From sequence record AP019521.1: a stretch of DNA of 64,000 nt; one strand, 5' to 3'. The position numbers and the translations under genes are program-made. The notes beneath the pieces are model-generated. The model ran no database searches. It was not told the origin of the DNA and saw only the letters and a list, made by a program, of their open reading frames with translations. Below are positions 38,999 through 50,924 of the stretch, in pieces; within the stretch, counting starts at the first letter, position 1, and each line of letters opens with the position of its first letter. The DNA is from Escherichia phage KIT01.

Positions 38999-39247
38999 TT
39001 ACTTCAGGGTAATAATAAAATGACGTACTGCTTTACGAGCTGCTGAAGCCAAAGGCTTAGCAAATTTCAGTTCATCTTTAGCTTCCAGTTCAGCAGCCAG
39101 AGTAGCCTGAGCAGGATTCAGATGTTTGAAATAACGCAGGATTTCCAGTGCTTCGGCTTCAACATCAATAGATGCGCCATAGTTTTCGTGACCGTTGTTC
39201 CAAGCGTTGCGTTGCAGTTCAAGAGCGTGATTCAGTTGTTTGTTCAT
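38999..39247 (-). CDS. rIII: rIII-like lysis-inhibition accessory protein
   Basis: 82 aa, the size of T4 rIII, and adjacent to gene 31 as in T4; assignment by size and position. Confidence 0.6.
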   Translation of the reverse strand: MNKQLNHALELQRNAWNNGHENYGASIDVEAEALEILRYFKHLNPAQATLAAELEAKDELKFAKPLASAARKAVRHFIITLK

Positions 39248-39393
39248 TTTAGTTTCTCAATTCGAGATAAAGATTGGTGGACACGTTCTTCTGAATTTCA
39301 CTTCCTTTCGGCAAGTCTCTCAGTTGTAGTCCACCGCTTAGGATTCTCCGGTTAACTAACTAGTCCGGCAGCCAATCCATATTATTATTTATA

Positions 39394-39717
39394 TCACTTA
39401 TAAAGGCAAGGAATTGCTTTATAATGACAGGTAACGAATTTTTGTTTAATTTCTTTAGGTTGTTTAATACCCAATGCAACCAACGGATGAGGCACGTTAG
39501 CAATCTTACCAACAGGAAGTGGAGTCAAATCACCTACTTCACAAAAATCTTCAGGGACATCAGGTCCTACAGAATAAATTTCACAAAGTTCAGGGATTTC
39601 ACCTTGATGAAGTTTGCCAATAACGATACCAGATGCAGTGGTTTCTTCATCGCCAGCTTGTTTTGGTTCGGAAACGAGAATAACATATTCTCCGACCGCT
39701 TTAATAGGAAGTTCCAT
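39394..39717 (-). CDS. 31: Co-chaperonin gp31 (GroES-like)
   Basis: 107 aa; matches remembered T4 gp31 ([18 protein letters not shown]...[19 protein letters not shown]...[15 protein letters not shown]). Confidence 0.85.
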   Translation of the reverse strand: MELPIKAVGEYVILVSEPKQAGDEETTASGIVIGKLHQGEIPELCEIYSVGPDVPEDFCEVGDLTPLPVGKIANVPHPLVALGIKQPKEIKQKFVTCHYKAIPCLYK

Positions 39718-39775
39718 ATTTAATCCATATTGTTTTGTTGATAGATTAATAATAACACGCTATTCTTAAAGCATA

Positions 39776-40075
39776 TTACAGGACAAGCAGAGTTTCGGTC
39801 TGAAGGCCGTTAATAGAAATCAGCTTATCGAAACGGAATGAGCGCCAATCATTAACCTTGGTATCAAATACTCTGATGTAATTAACAGGTTCTTTATTGG
39901 CTTCTGGTCCAGGGGCCTGGACTTCTTTATACGGAAGCAGGTCTAAGTCACGTGTACAAGTCATACGACGGGCACTACCATCGGCCTTTTCAAACAGGAC
40001 TTCGTGAGTACCCACAGACAAAATAGTCTTGACTTTTTCACGGAGACGAATTGTTTCTTGTTCAGTTAAAATCAT
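39776..40075 (-). CDS. Hypothetical protein (31.1-like slot)
   Basis: 99-aa ORF between gene 31 and cd. Confidence 0.5.
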   Translation of the reverse strand: MILTEQETIRLREKVKTILSVGTHEVLFEKADGSARRMTCTRDLDLLPYKEVQAPGPEANKEPVNYIRVFDTKVNDWRSFRFDKLISINGLQTETLLVL

Positions 40076-40077
40076 AA

Positions 40078-40311
40078 TTATTCCAGAATAGTTTTGATAG
40101 TGGTTGCATTACGCTCTTTTAGAGCTCTTAATAGGCTATGGCAATTATCAAGAATAGGCACCGTTTTATATTTCATTTCGGCGCGAACCCACTCGGATTT
40201 ATAGTACGTTTTCCAACGAGAGAAAAAGTACTTTTTATATTCTACTGAATAGGCTATCAGGTTTTCACCTTTTGAGTTAAGACCTGAAAATTTAACTAGA
40301 CGAAATTTCAT
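40078..40311 (-). CDS. Hypothetical protein (31.2-like slot)
   Basis: 77-aa ORF abutting cd. Confidence 0.45.
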   Translation of the reverse strand: MKFRLVKFSGLNSKGENLIAYSVEYKKYFFSRWKTYYKSEWVRAEMKYKTVPILDNCHSLLRALKERNATTIKTILE

Positions 40312-40856
40312 TATTCACCACAATAGTTTTGAATTGATTCCCAGTTCAGAGAACGGAGCCCTGTACGATTATACTGGATAACCTCAATGCCTGATTCACG
40401 GAGGATATCGTCCCACCCTTCAGGATTTCGGTCATAGAGCTCAGCATAAACCAATGTTTTAATTCCGGACTGCGCAATAGACTTAGCACAATCAGCGCAC
40501 GGAGATAACGTCACGTACATCGTAGCGCCATCAATAGAACTTCCGGTACGAGCTGCAAACAAAATAGCATTCAGTTCAGCATGGATTTCATTTTTAGATG
40601 ACCATGCAGCGTGAGCCATACGGTGTTCTTTAAGAAGAACAGATTTATGCGACATCCGCGCTGGGTCATACACAACACGGGTCCAGTCTTGTTCCACAGC
40701 GTGGTCACAACAGTTAACACCACCGGATGGTGAGCCGTTATAGCCTGTAGAGATAATGCGGCCATTCTTTTCAATAACCGCGCCTACTTTCCATGAACAA
40801 CATTTTGATTCCTGAGAAATCAGATAGGCAATCTGAAGATATGTGCTTGCTTTCAT
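40311..40856 (-). CDS. cd: dCMP deaminase
   Basis: 181 aa; zinc-binding deaminase motifs HAE...PCADC. Confidence 0.85.
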   Translation of the reverse strand: MKASTYLQIAYLISQESKCCSWKVGAVIEKNGRIISTGYNGSPSGGVNCCDHAVEQDWTRVVYDPARMSHKSVLLKEHRMAHAAWSSKNEIHAELNAILFAARTGSSIDGATMYVTLSPCADCAKSIAQSGIKTLVYAELYDRNPEGWDDILRESGIEVIQYNRTGLRSLNWESIQNYCGE

Positions 40857-41086
40857 TCTATGAACACTCGCTGCGCTTCGACCAGACCATCAGAACCAAG
40901 TTTCAACTGGGTAATCTGGCCGCCATTTTTAGGATTAACGATAACCAATACCGCACGTGGTGATTCCTGAATTACTCGCAGAGTTGCATCAGGAAAACGT
41001 ACAGAAACCTTATTAATCAGGGCCTGAGCAAATTCTTTAACTTTAACTTGGAACTGCTCTACAGTAATAGGTTGTTCGCTCAGCAT
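40853..41086 (-). CDS. Hypothetical protein (cd.x)
   Basis: 77-aa ORF with ATGA-type overlap. Confidence 0.45.
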   Translation of the reverse strand: MLSEQPITVEQFQVKVKEFAQALINKVSVRFPDATLRVIQESPRAVLVIVNPKNGGQITQLKLGSDGLVEAQRVFIE

Positions 41087-41691
41087 TAGATAGTCTCCAA
41101 CTTAAGTTGTTTGGTAGTGGTAGCTTGGGTAACGTCGCCTTTAACAATATAACACACTTGTTGGAACGAACTGGTCAAAAGCTCTTCGGCTTGACGATCT
41201 GCTTGTTCCTTTGTGTTATGGCGAGAATGAACTTCAATTTTACCATTTTTAACAATAAGCACTTTCCAATCGGCTGTAGCTTTTACTGGCTTAGGTTCCG
41301 GCTTTACAGCAATACTCGTAGTAGCCAGTGGACGTACTACTTCAATAAAGTATTCGAATTCATGGGCAAAGGCGCCTACTGAATTAAAAAGAACACTAGT
41401 TGCATCATCGGGATTACCTGTGATTTTGCTCAGGTCAACAAACATCAACTCATCGTATACACGAATTCGGCTTACACGTGGCTTCCCGTTATGGTAATCA
41501 ATTTCAACTTCAAACGGGTTCATACCTACATACTTGGCAAAAGCTGTATTGAGGCCATAAGCACCGTTATTAGTGAATTTGTTTTTAGTGTATTCACCAA
41601 CGAACTTATAAAACTTACGCTCTTCAAAGAACTGGCTCATTTCGATTTCCTCATTTGTTTCGGTAGGACTACTATACCACAGTCCTACCAT
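41086..41691 (-). CDS. Hypothetical protein (cd.x)
   Basis: 201-aa ORF; true start may be an internal ATG. Confidence 0.5.
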   Translation of the reverse strand: MVGLWYSSPTETNEEIEMSQFFEERKFYKFVGEYTKNKFTNNGAYGLNTAFAKYVGMNPFEVEIDYHNGKPRVSRIRVYDELMFVDLSKITGNPDDATSVLFNSVGAFAHEFEYFIEVVRPLATTSIAVKPEPKPVKATADWKVLIVKNGKIEVHSRHNTKEQADRQAEELLTSSFQQVCYIVKGDVTQATTTKQLKLETI

Positions 41692-41702
41692 AGTGTAAAC
41701 AC

Positions 41703-41981
41703 TTAAATTGCTTCAACAACTACCGTTTGTTTCTGGAAGTCCATTTTGCATGAAATAGCCAAAATGTGGTTATCAATTTTAAATGGAACAATTGCAAATG
41801 CTGCACCAGGCGTGAGTTGAACAGTGATTGCATCAACTGCATCAGGGAACATGATTTCCAGAATAGCAGACAAACGACCATGCACCTTTAGTTCAGTCGA
41901 CACGTCGACGGGTTCGTATAGGTAATCAGATACAATCTGACTAAAAATGGTTTTAACAATTTCAGAATAAGTAGGGAACAT
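41703..41981 (-). CDS. Hypothetical protein (cd.x)
   Basis: 92-aa ORF. Confidence 0.45.
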   Translation of the reverse strand: MFPTYSEIVKTIFSQIVSDYLYEPVDVSTELKVHGRLSAILEIMFPDAVDAITVQLTPGAAFAIVPFKIDNHILAISCKMDFQKQTVVVEAI

Positions 41982-41988
41982 AATTACC

Positions 41989-42204
41989 TCAGTGTACTGT
42001 ATGGACCTTCACGTTAACAATAAACCGGTCAACGACTTCAGTCAGAGGAACAAACTCAACATAGTACTCGCCTTTGTAACGTTCATTAAGGTCATTACGA
42101 AGGGCTGCTAGTGAGTTAATGAGGGTAGGAGACATATTCTGGCCTACCAGTTTCTGAAGCTCTTTATAAGCTTCTTCTTCAACTTCGTGGTGTTTGTTAT
42201 ACAT
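41989..42204 (-). CDS. Hypothetical protein (cd.x)
   Basis: Start set at internal ATG to remove a long overlap with the next ORF. Confidence 0.4.
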   Translation of the reverse strand: MYNKHHEVEEEAYKELQKLVGQNMSPTLINSLAALRNDLNERYKGEYYVEFVPLTEVVDRFIVNVKVHTVH

Positions 42205-42393
42205 AATGTTCTTCCAAGAAGGCAAGGAGTTCAGGAGCGGATTTAAAAATACCACCATCGACCTTGTCTTCATCTTTATAGTCCATCACATCCAGGCCAA
42301 TACGTCCGTCAGTTAAAGGCCACACGCCGAAGAAAAAGCATTTACGGTTTTCAATTTCTTCGATTGTACGAAAAATCTTTTCGATATTATTCA

Positions 42394-42394
<1 letters not shown>
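42197..42394 (-). CDS. Hypothetical protein (cd.x)
   Basis: Start set at internal ATG (MNNIEK) abutting the pseT stop. Confidence 0.4.
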
Positions 42395-43591
<1,197 letters not shown>

Positions 43592-43595
<4 letters not shown>

Positions 43596-44110
43596 ACGCC
43601 AAGTTCCTTATAAAGTTCTTCACGGCAAGTTTTAAGGGTTTTACCTGATTCGTAAGCAACACTTTCAGGAACATCACCAAGGGTTACTGCGGATTGCATT
43701 TGGCCATGGCGTTTAGCCGCATATTCAAAACTTTTCACCAGTTCACGAATACGTTCTTTTTCATTGTACTCTTCAATGAATTCAGGGTATTCCCAAACAG
43801 GTCGCATCATACGATACCAATGCTGAATAGTAATATAATTACTTCCATCCAGATTAATAATTTGCGAAGGCTTAATAGACCCTGGAGCATAAAAAGTTAC
43901 CTGTCTTACTACATCAATACCGTCCACCATAGCCCAAGCAAAATCAAAAGTTGCCTTCTTTTCAATTGGTGTACTTGCACAGGACCCTAGTTTTAGGAGC
44001 TTTTGTAATGCAGGTGATTTAACACCTGAAATGTATTCAGGCTTAGCCACAAAACTGTTATCACGTAAAGTCATAGTCATTTCCTCAAATTTTATAATCC
44101 GTAGGAGCAT
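43592..44110 (-). CDS. Hypothetical protein (pseT.1-like slot)
   Basis: 172-aa ORF. Confidence 0.5.
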
Positions 44111-44241
44111 TATACTCTGCTCCCAAGAGTTTGTAAACTACTTTCCAAAAAGACCATGCATACACATACTGAACACAATCCCAAAACAAAAGAATGCAGC
44201 GCCAAATCTAACGGCATCCCAACCGCAAACACATGTCTCAA

Positions 44242-44532
44242 TCATTTGCACTTCCCCTCTTTTAGTCCGGAACGATAATAACATAACATAGATTTCTGGT
44301 CTTGTACATATCTTTTTACGTCATTCAACCAAATACGATGTTCTTGGGAATCTTCAAAAGGCATTCCAACCCAAGCTTTACCGTCGATTACCTTAACCTG
44401 CCACTTAACATTATGTTCGGCAATAGGTTGCGGCCATGAAGGATGCAGTTGTTGCTTAGGCACTACAGGGATATCCTGGGAACATCCAACTAACAAGCCA
44501 ATAGATAATACTAATGCAGCTGATTTAATCAT
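44242..44532 (-). CDS. Outer-membrane spanin lipoprotein (o-spanin, PseT.2-like)
   Basis: 96 aa; signal peptide with lipobox LLVGC; adjacent to the i-spanin candidate. Confidence 0.7.
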   Translation of the reverse strand: MIKSAALVLSIGLLVGCSQDIPVVPKQQLHPSWPQPIAEHNVKWQVKVIDGKAWVGMPFEDSQEHRIWLNDVKRYVQDQKSMLCYYRSGLKEGKCK

Positions 44533-44882
44533 TCTGTAATGCTCCTGAAGTCTTCTGTAAAGGAATCGAAGGACTTGTTGATTTGTTTTTCGACCAGTCC
44601 TGGCTTACTTGCCACCACGTGCGCCTTCTTCGAATCTTTACGGAGCTTTTCATTTTCTACCTTAATTTTATCCATTCGGGCATTCATTTCAGTAGTACGG
44701 AATTCAATATCAGAATATTGACCACGAAGGTCCTCTACAGCTTCAGCGTTCTGTTTGGCCGTTTGCTGGGTAGTTTTCAGTTCTTCAGTAAGGGTATCAA
44801 TACGGCTTGATTGGTACGAAATAAAACCGTAAGCACCTACTGCAATGGCTCCAGCTAAAAGGTAAATACTTAATTTAGACAT
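44529..44882 (-). CDS. Inner-membrane spanin (i-spanin, PseT.3-like)
   Basis: 117 aa; N-terminal transmembrane segment (IYLLAGAIAVGAYGFI) then charged coiled-coil region. Confidence 0.7.
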   Translation of the reverse strand: MSKLSIYLLAGAIAVGAYGFISYQSSRIDTLTEELKTTQQTAKQNAEAVEDLRGQYSDIEFRTTEMNARMDKIKVENEKLRKDSKKAHVVASKPGLVEKQINKSFDSFTEDFRSITE

Positions 44883-45370
44883 TTGGTAATAATCTCGATG
44901 ATGTCATCACGTGACAGGGAATTAATAAGAACCGTTTTAGGGTTTTCACACTGAATTTTATACGTTTCAAACATAAAACACAATTCTTCAGCGGTATGGT
45001 AAGGACTTGAAATGCCAAGGCGATTAAACTTGTCGCTTAATGGGTCACAAATCAAATAGAAAGTGATGCCTGAGATTTTGACATTAGGTTGACTAATATT
45101 AATGAACACCTCGGCATCATACTTGGAAAGGTTGTTTTGGAGAAACTCAACCATAGAGTTGACAGCTTCAGGCATGGCTTCACGCTTTTCTTCTGCGTAA
45201 CGGGTAGAGTATTCTTTTTGCTTGATTTTCTTTTTAGCATTTTTAGCTAAAGTAACACGAAGATCGGTCAGGTAACCTACTGCACGAGAACCTTTAAAAA
45301 CTTGGATACCGTCAGTAGAATCACCAAAAGCCTTAACAACCATTTCGTTAGTAATCATTTGCATATTCAT
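44870..45370 (-). CDS. alc: Alc-like protein (host transcription shutoff), tentative
   Basis: 166 aa, size and position (between spanins and rnlA) as T4 alc; GAGGAG ribosome-binding site; early promoter upstream. Confidence 0.55.
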   Translation of the reverse strand: MNMQMITNEMVVKAFGDSTDGIQVFKGSRAVGYLTDLRVTLAKNAKKKIKQKEYSTRYAEEKREAMPEAVNSMVEFLQNNLSKYDAEVFINISQPNVKISGITFYLICDPLSDKFNRLGISSPYHTAEELCFMFETYKIQCENPKTVLINSLSRDDIIEIITKCLN

Positions 45371-45401
45371 TTTGTTTTTCTCCTCATTAGTTGGTAAGTC
45401 T

Positions 45402-45430
45402 ATACTAACACATCATGAGGAGATGTAAAC
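45402..45430 (-). promoter_or_regulatory. Early-type promoter upstream of the alc-like gene
   Basis: Reverse complement GTTTAC-N17-TAGTAT. Confidence 0.5.
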
Positions 45431-46578
45431 TACTCTAACACAATTTCTTTCAAATATTTTTCAGGGATTTGAGCCTTATGATTTTTCAAGAACACAGAGT
45501 TAATCTGGTCCATGACCGTATCATAATTAATGCCACCTACGTACGCCTGCATAAGAATAGAGAACAGCCCTGGGAAGTCCTTAAGGATTAATTGACCTGT
45601 AACGGCGTAGTCCTTACGGTCACGTCCCTTGAGTTGGGAGTACGCTGCTTCTAACAAAGCCAATGATTGTTCTAAGTAATCTAAATGGATACGTTCAAAG
45701 GCATCGATTTTCTCGATAGCAAACGAATCTGTACTGAACAGGCCACGAAGGTCGTCAGTTCCGCCAGCCACTACAACTTCAAACAAACGTTCGTTATTGT
45801 TAATGGAATCTTTGGTATGGTGCAGTGCACTGTACCAAGCGGTTTTGAGTTTAAAGAACGTACCATCTTTCAGTACAAAGATGAAACCTTCAACACCCTC
45901 TTGTTTACGGATGTTTTCTACGAAATCACCTTCAGTGAGGTCATAGCTTTCAACCAAATGCTTACGCAGCGCGCCGTCCTTAAACAATTCTGCATACGGA
46001 ATATATTCACCCGTTTCATTATTACGAACGTTCAACAGGATAAGATTTGTTTCTTGGTAAGCCAGCACGATACGGTTGGTAGGTGCAACATATTCAAGGT
46101 TACAGGTGTACCCGGCTTTGGTGATTTCTTCCAGACGGGCAGCAAAAGCCTCGTTCTCAGGGAGACGAAGGAAACGTAAAGAATCATGCACCATTGATGA
46201 ATGGATAGAGCCTTTAGATTTAACAGAAAGATACTGACGGTCCATGAATGTAGAAATCAGAGAACCATCTTCCTTAGCCATTACGAGGTCAATATTTTCC
46301 GGCGACAAATCTAGACCGATGGTCAGAGGGTTTTCGTCAAGGTTAAAGAACTTTTGCATAGGACGAGCAGCAATACGCACTGGACCGTTCTCGTCCATTT
46401 CAAACATAATGCCTCGGCACTCTAGTGCGCCGTCTTCCAACCAATCACTGTACGATGCATAGTTATAACTAAAGATGCGATAGTTGACTCCTAGCGCACT
46501 CTGAAAGTCTTTAAAGAAGAACTTAGATTTAGTCGAGTTTTTAACCAGGGCCATCAAGTTATCATATAATTCAATCAT
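45430..46578 (-). CDS. rnlA: RNA ligase 1 (Rnl1)
   Basis: 382 aa; matches remembered T4 Rnl1 (YRIFSYNYASYSDWL...ALECRGIMFEM; KEDGSL lysine motif). Confidence 0.9.
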   Translation of the reverse strand: MIELYDNLMALVKNSTKSKFFFKDFQSALGVNYRIFSYNYASYSDWLEDGALECRGIMFEMDENGPVRIAARPMQKFFNLDENPLTIGLDLSPENIDLVMAKEDGSLISTFMDRQYLSVKSKGSIHSSMVHDSLRFLRLPENEAFAARLEEITKAGYTCNLEYVAPTNRIVLAYQETNLILLNVRNNETGEYIPYAELFKDGALRKHLVESYDLTEGDFVENIRKQEGVEGFIFVLKDGTFFKLKTAWYSALHHTKDSINNNERLFEVVVAGGTDDLRGLFSTDSFAIEKIDAFERIHLDYLEQSLALLEAAYSQLKGRDRKDYAVTGQLILKDFPGLFSILMQAYVGGINYDTVMDQINSVFLKNHKAQIPEKYLKEIVLE

Positions 46579-46988
46579 TGCTTTATCCTATGTTGGGTAT
46601 TCCAAGGTGGATTAAATTTCTTTATGAACATTGGCTCTTCAAGAGACATGGTCTCAACTGACATAGTTCCAAGTTCGTTAGTCATCGACAGATTAAAGCA
46701 CTGCCGTGCATAGAACTCTACCTTTTTACCTGCCATTAATGCTTCATGAATCAGAATGGACTTAGTCGAATCTGACGTTTGGTCCTTACGATTAATAGCG
46801 GTTCGGTAGTAGTTGATGCGCTTACGAAGATTTTTAGTCTTCCCGACGTAGACTAATATATCATCAACCGCTATAGCATATATGACATTTTGTTTATTTG
46901 GTACTGTGAGTGGAGCTATGGTGGCGTCATCTTGGAGTTCTAGGGTGACGTACTTGATAAAGCTAAATTCGTCTGCGATTTCTTTCAT
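46575..46988 (-). CDS. denA: Endonuclease II (GIY-YIG family)
   Basis: Start at internal ATG (MKEIADEFSFIKY...) matching remembered T4 EndoII; GIY-YIG module VIYAIAVDDILVYVGKT..R; stem-loop just upstream. Confidence 0.85.
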   Translation of the reverse strand: MKEIADEFSFIKYVTLELQDDATIAPLTVPNKQNVIYAIAVDDILVYVGKTKNLRKRINYYRTAINRKDQTSDSTKSILIHEALMAGKKVEFYARQCFNLSMTNELGTMSVETMSLEEPMFIKKFNPPWNTQHRIKQ

Positions 46989-46996
46989 AGCAATAA

Positions 46997-47010
46997 GGGG
47001 CCGAAGCCCC
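46997..47010 (-). terminator. Stem-loop ggggc-cgaa-gcccc at the nrdB-denA junction
   Basis: 5-bp GC stem with tetraloop between the nrdB stop and the corrected denA start. Confidence 0.4.
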
Positions 47011-47015
47011 ATTCC

Positions 47016-48224
47016 TTAAAAATATTTCTTGTACGATGCCATTACTTTTTCATCAACATCGTTATCAATTTGTGCTACAAGGTAAGAACTGATTTCCACT
47101 TCCTGAGGAGCAGCCTGTACAGCATCAGAGTTCAGGTATTCTCGAATCCAAGGATACGGATGGCGAGTAGGGGCATCAGTAATAGGACATGGTAAGCCAC
47201 ATTGCTTCATACGAGAAACTGTCAGGTAATCGACAAAAGCACCCATGTTCTGAGTATTTAATCCAGGGCAAGTACCATCTTTGAACAGGTGAGTGGCCCA
47301 TTCTTTTTCTTGACGGTTAACTTCCATGAAAATATCAACTGCTTCTTGTTCGCACTCTTGAGCAATTTTAACCCATTCATCACCATCAGTACCAAGTTGA
47401 AGTTGACGAATAATGTACTGAGTACCTTTAAGGTGAAGCTGTTCATCACGTGCAATGAACTTCATAATCTTAGCATTACCTTCCATGATTTCCATGTTTT
47501 TATGGAAGTTAAAGGTACATGCGAAAGATACGTAAAAACGAATAGCTTCCAGCGCGTTGATTACATGCAGACAGAGGTAAAGAGAACGCATTAGTTCACG
47601 TTTCCAATACATCTCATGCTCTATGGCATCTTCAATATCATCTTCGTCTGCGTTAATTTCTTTTTGGTACTCAATATCAGCTTTAGCATTCTGCCAATAT
47701 CTAGTTTTCTCAATAACGTCGTCGTAATAACGACCAATAGATTCAGCACGTTTCATAATAGCGTCATCTAACAGAATTTCATCAAATACCTTTGATGGGT
47801 CTGTATAGAGGTTACGCATGATATGGGTATATGAACGAGAGTGAATAGTCTCACTAAAGGTCCATGTAGCCACCCATGTATCAAGGCTAGGGTCTGAAAT
47901 CAAGGCTTGAAGTGCAGCAGAAGGAGCACGTCCTTGAATACTGTCCAGAAGTGATTGATACTTCAAGTTATTGGTAAAAATATTTTGTTGGAATTGCGGA
48001 AGCTTATTAAATTGAGCAGCATCCATCATCAAGTTGACTTCTTCTGGGCGCCAGAAAAAACTCAACTGCTTCTCACAAAGCTCTTCGAACACTTTATGAC
48101 GTTGGATATCATAACGAGCAATACCCAATCCTGAACCAAAGAACATCGGTTCGACTAAAACATCAACTGGGGTGGTATTAAAAACTGTAGACATGTTATT
48201 CTCATTTGTTAGTGACTCGTCCAT
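47016..48224 (-). CDS. nrdB: Ribonucleotide reductase beta subunit
   Basis: 402-aa uninterrupted ORF; di-iron ligand context (EAIRFYVSF, ARDEQLHL). Confidence 0.9.
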   Translation of the reverse strand: MDESLTNENNMSTVFNTTPVDVLVEPMFFGSGLGIARYDIQRHKVFEELCEKQLSFFWRPEEVNLMMDAAQFNKLPQFQQNIFTNNLKYQSLLDSIQGRAPSAALQALISDPSLDTWVATWTFSETIHSRSYTHIMRNLYTDPSKVFDEILLDDAIMKRAESIGRYYDDVIEKTRYWQNAKADIEYQKEINADEDDIEDAIEHEMYWKRELMRSLYLCLHVINALEAIRFYVSFACTFNFHKNMEIMEGNAKIMKFIARDEQLHLKGTQYIIRQLQLGTDGDEWVKIAQECEQEAVDIFMEVNRQEKEWATHLFKDGTCPGLNTQNMGAFVDYLTVSRMKQCGLPCPITDAPTRHPYPWIREYLNSDAVQAAPQEVEISSYLVAQIDNDVDEKVMASYKKYF

Positions 48225-48247
48225 GAGTCAATTATAATCAGATTTTA

Positions 48248-50503
48248 TTAAAGCTTACAAGCTGCACAATCGTCGGCTTTAGGAGTTTCGATTTCATAGT
48301 CATCAGTACCGGAGCCGTCACGGGTGTTATGATAGTAAAGGTTCTTACCACCGTAGTACCAGAAATATAGCAGGTCATCAAGCATTACTGACATCGGAAC
48401 TTTTCCTTTTGGAAAAATCTGTGGGTCATAATATGTATTAGCTGATGCCGATTGACACACCCATTTCAACGCTATTGCCACTTGGGTAAGATAAGGTTTA
48501 TTACCTTTCTTAGCAAGGGTCCAAGCATAATCATACAGACCTTGGTTATGTTCTACATTAGGAACTACCTGACGGAAGTTACCTTCTTTAGATTCTTTAA
48601 TACTTACCGGACCACGTGGAGGTTCGATACCGTTTGTAGAGTTGGAAACCTGGCTGCTTGATTCACACGGCATAAGTGCTGATAATGTGCTATTACGGAT
48701 GCCATGTTTAGCCAAGTCTTCCCGCAACGACGTCCAGTCACAAACGTAGTTTGGAGCTGCGATTTGGTCAATCTTTTTATTGTACCAGTCGATAGGTAAT
48801 TCGCCTCGAGACCATTTAGTGTCTGAATAATACTCGCAAGGTCCTTTTTCTTCGGCCAGCTTGATGGATGCTCGGATAAGTCCATATTGTAATCTCTCAA
48901 ACAGTTCATGAGTTAAATCATTAGCATCTTCATAAGAAGCAAAGTTGCTTGCCAACCAAGCGGCGTAGTTAGTAACACCGACACCCAGGTTACGACGTTT
49001 CTTGGCCTTCAGAGCTTCAGGAACAGGATAATCTTGGTAGTCCAACAGGTTATCAAGTGCACGTACTTGTACTTCAGCCAGCTCGTTGATTTTGTCTTGG
49101 TCCTGCCAATCGAAGTTATCCAATACGAATGCAGACAACGTACACAAACCGATTTCAGCGTCCGGGCTATTCACATCAGTAGTTGGGATAGCAATTTCAC
49201 AACACAAGTTGCTCTGGCGAATAGGAGCTTTCTCACGAATAAATGGTGTGAAGTTGTTAGTGTTATCAACGAACTGAGGATAAATTCGTGCAGTGCCTGA
49301 ACGTTCAGTCATGAACAATTCAAAAAGGTCACGTGCCTTAATACGTTTCTTACGAATACTAGGGTCTTTTTCTGCGGCTTCATACAATTCACGGAAACGG
49401 TCTTGGTCTTCGAAATAAGAATAATAAAGCTCACCACTCATTTCATGAGGACTAAACAGGGTAATATAATCATTTTTACCGAAACGTTCCATCATCAGGT
49501 CGTTCAACTGGATTCCGTAGTCCATATGACGAATACGGTTCTCATCGACACCTTTGTTGTTTTTCAGAACGAGCAGATTTTCAACTTCCAAATGCCAAAT
49601 AGGATAATAAGCAGTAGCAGCGCCGCCACGGATTCCACCTTGTGAACATGATTTAACAGCAGTCTGGAAATGTTTCCAGAATGGAATAACACCGGTATGC
49701 TTGACTTCGCCCATGCCAATACGAGAACCTTCAGCACGAATCATACCAACGTTGATACCAATACCTGCACGTTTAGAAATGTATTCAATTATTGAGTTAG
49801 CAGTTTTGTTAATAGATTTCAGCGAGTCGCCTGCTTCAATAACCACACAAGAACTAAATTGACGGGTTGGTGTACGTGCTCCAGCCATAATAGGAGTAGG
49901 CAACGAAACCTGACGAGTACTTACAGCATCATAAAAACGAATAATATGGGCTAAACGATTACCCGGTTCGTCTTGATGTAAGGCCATACCAATACACATT
50001 ATAGCGAACTGAGGGGTTTCGTAGATTTTACCGGTTGTTTTATCTTTAACCAGATATTTCTCTTTAAGCTGCATCGCACCAGCATAAGTCAATTCGAAAT
50101 CACGTTCATGCTTGATATGAGATTCTAAGAAAGTAATTTCTTCTGCAGAATATCGAGACAGCAATTCAGGGTCATATTTACCTTCGTTAACACAATAGGA
50201 AATATGGTCGATAAAGCTACGTGGTTCGAACTGCCCATAAACTTCTTTACGCAGTGCAAACATCAATTCTTTTGCAGCAACATATTGGTAATCAGGCTCT
50301 TCAACCGAGATAAGGTTGGCTGCTACCTTAACAGTCAGATTTTGGATATCTTTGGTAGTCATACCGTCACGAAGATGGGATTTGATTTCTTCGTATAATT
50401 CATAGGGATCGATTTGGGTTCCTTCACAGCCCCAAGTCAGAACTTTAATAATTTTTTGTGCGTCAAAATCTTGGGATACACCACTACTTTTTTGTACTTG
50501 CAT
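48248..50503 (-). CDS. nrdA: Ribonucleotide reductase alpha subunit
   Basis: 751 aa; class Ia active-site region (NLCCEI...; C-terminal CAACKL). Confidence 0.9.
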   Translation of the reverse strand: MQVQKSSGVSQDFDAQKIIKVLTWGCEGTQIDPYELYEEIKSHLRDGMTTKDIQNLTVKVAANLISVEEPDYQYVAAKELMFALRKEVYGQFEPRSFIDHISYCVNEGKYDPELLSRYSAEEITFLESHIKHERDFELTYAGAMQLKEKYLVKDKTTGKIYETPQFAIMCIGMALHQDEPGNRLAHIIRFYDAVSTRQVSLPTPIMAGARTPTRQFSSCVVIEAGDSLKSINKTANSIIEYISKRAGIGINVGMIRAEGSRIGMGEVKHTGVIPFWKHFQTAVKSCSQGGIRGGAATAYYPIWHLEVENLLVLKNNKGVDENRIRHMDYGIQLNDLMMERFGKNDYITLFSPHEMSGELYYSYFEDQDRFRELYEAAEKDPSIRKKRIKARDLFELFMTERSGTARIYPQFVDNTNNFTPFIREKAPIRQSNLCCEIAIPTTDVNSPDAEIGLCTLSAFVLDNFDWQDQDKINELAEVQVRALDNLLDYQDYPVPEALKAKKRRNLGVGVTNYAAWLASNFASYEDANDLTHELFERLQYGLIRASIKLAEEKGPCEYYSDTKWSRGELPIDWYNKKIDQIAAPNYVCDWTSLREDLAKHGIRNSTLSALMPCESSSQVSNSTNGIEPPRGPVSIKESKEGNFRQVVPNVEHNQGLYDYAWTLAKKGNKPYLTQVAIALKWVCQSASANTYYDPQIFPKGKVPMSVMLDDLLYFWYYGGKNLYYHNTRDGSGTDDYEIETPKADDCAACKL

Positions 50504-50569
50504 AATTTCCTCAATATGTTAGGTTCTATAATTATTCTATCATAGAACCTGTTAAGCATGGACTGATAT

Positions 50570-50863
50570 TTATAGGTCTTCTAATGAGAACGTGTCTTTG
50601 AAAAGTTTGTTAACAACCAGGGCTATCACATCCCCATGACAGTCCTTAGGTTTACAGGTACACGCTATACGCATACCTCTAAGGGTTTCAAGATGTTCTC
50701 TTTTAATTTCGCCCGATTTTATTTTAGCAATAAAGTATTCTTTAAAGTTCTTGATGTTTTCCTCGCGGGTTCCATCTTTAAATGGATTACCCCACATAGT
50801 CCCACGTTGGATATTGACATCAAAATCTTCTTTATACTTGTTAACAACTCTGCAGACTCTCAT
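50570..50863 (-). CDS. Hypothetical protein (nrdA.1-like slot)
   Basis: 97-aa ORF with CxC...CHG cysteine/histidine cluster. Confidence 0.5.
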   Translation of the reverse strand: MRVCRVVNKYKEDFDVNIQRGTMWGNPFKDGTREENIKNFKEYFIAKIKSGEIKREHLETLRGMRIACTCKPKDCHGDVIALVVNKLFKDTFSLEDL

Positions 50864-50924
50864 TATAGCACCAAATTAAGCCCGACCATAATAACCAAAA
50901 ACAGAGTACAGATTATTTGAATTT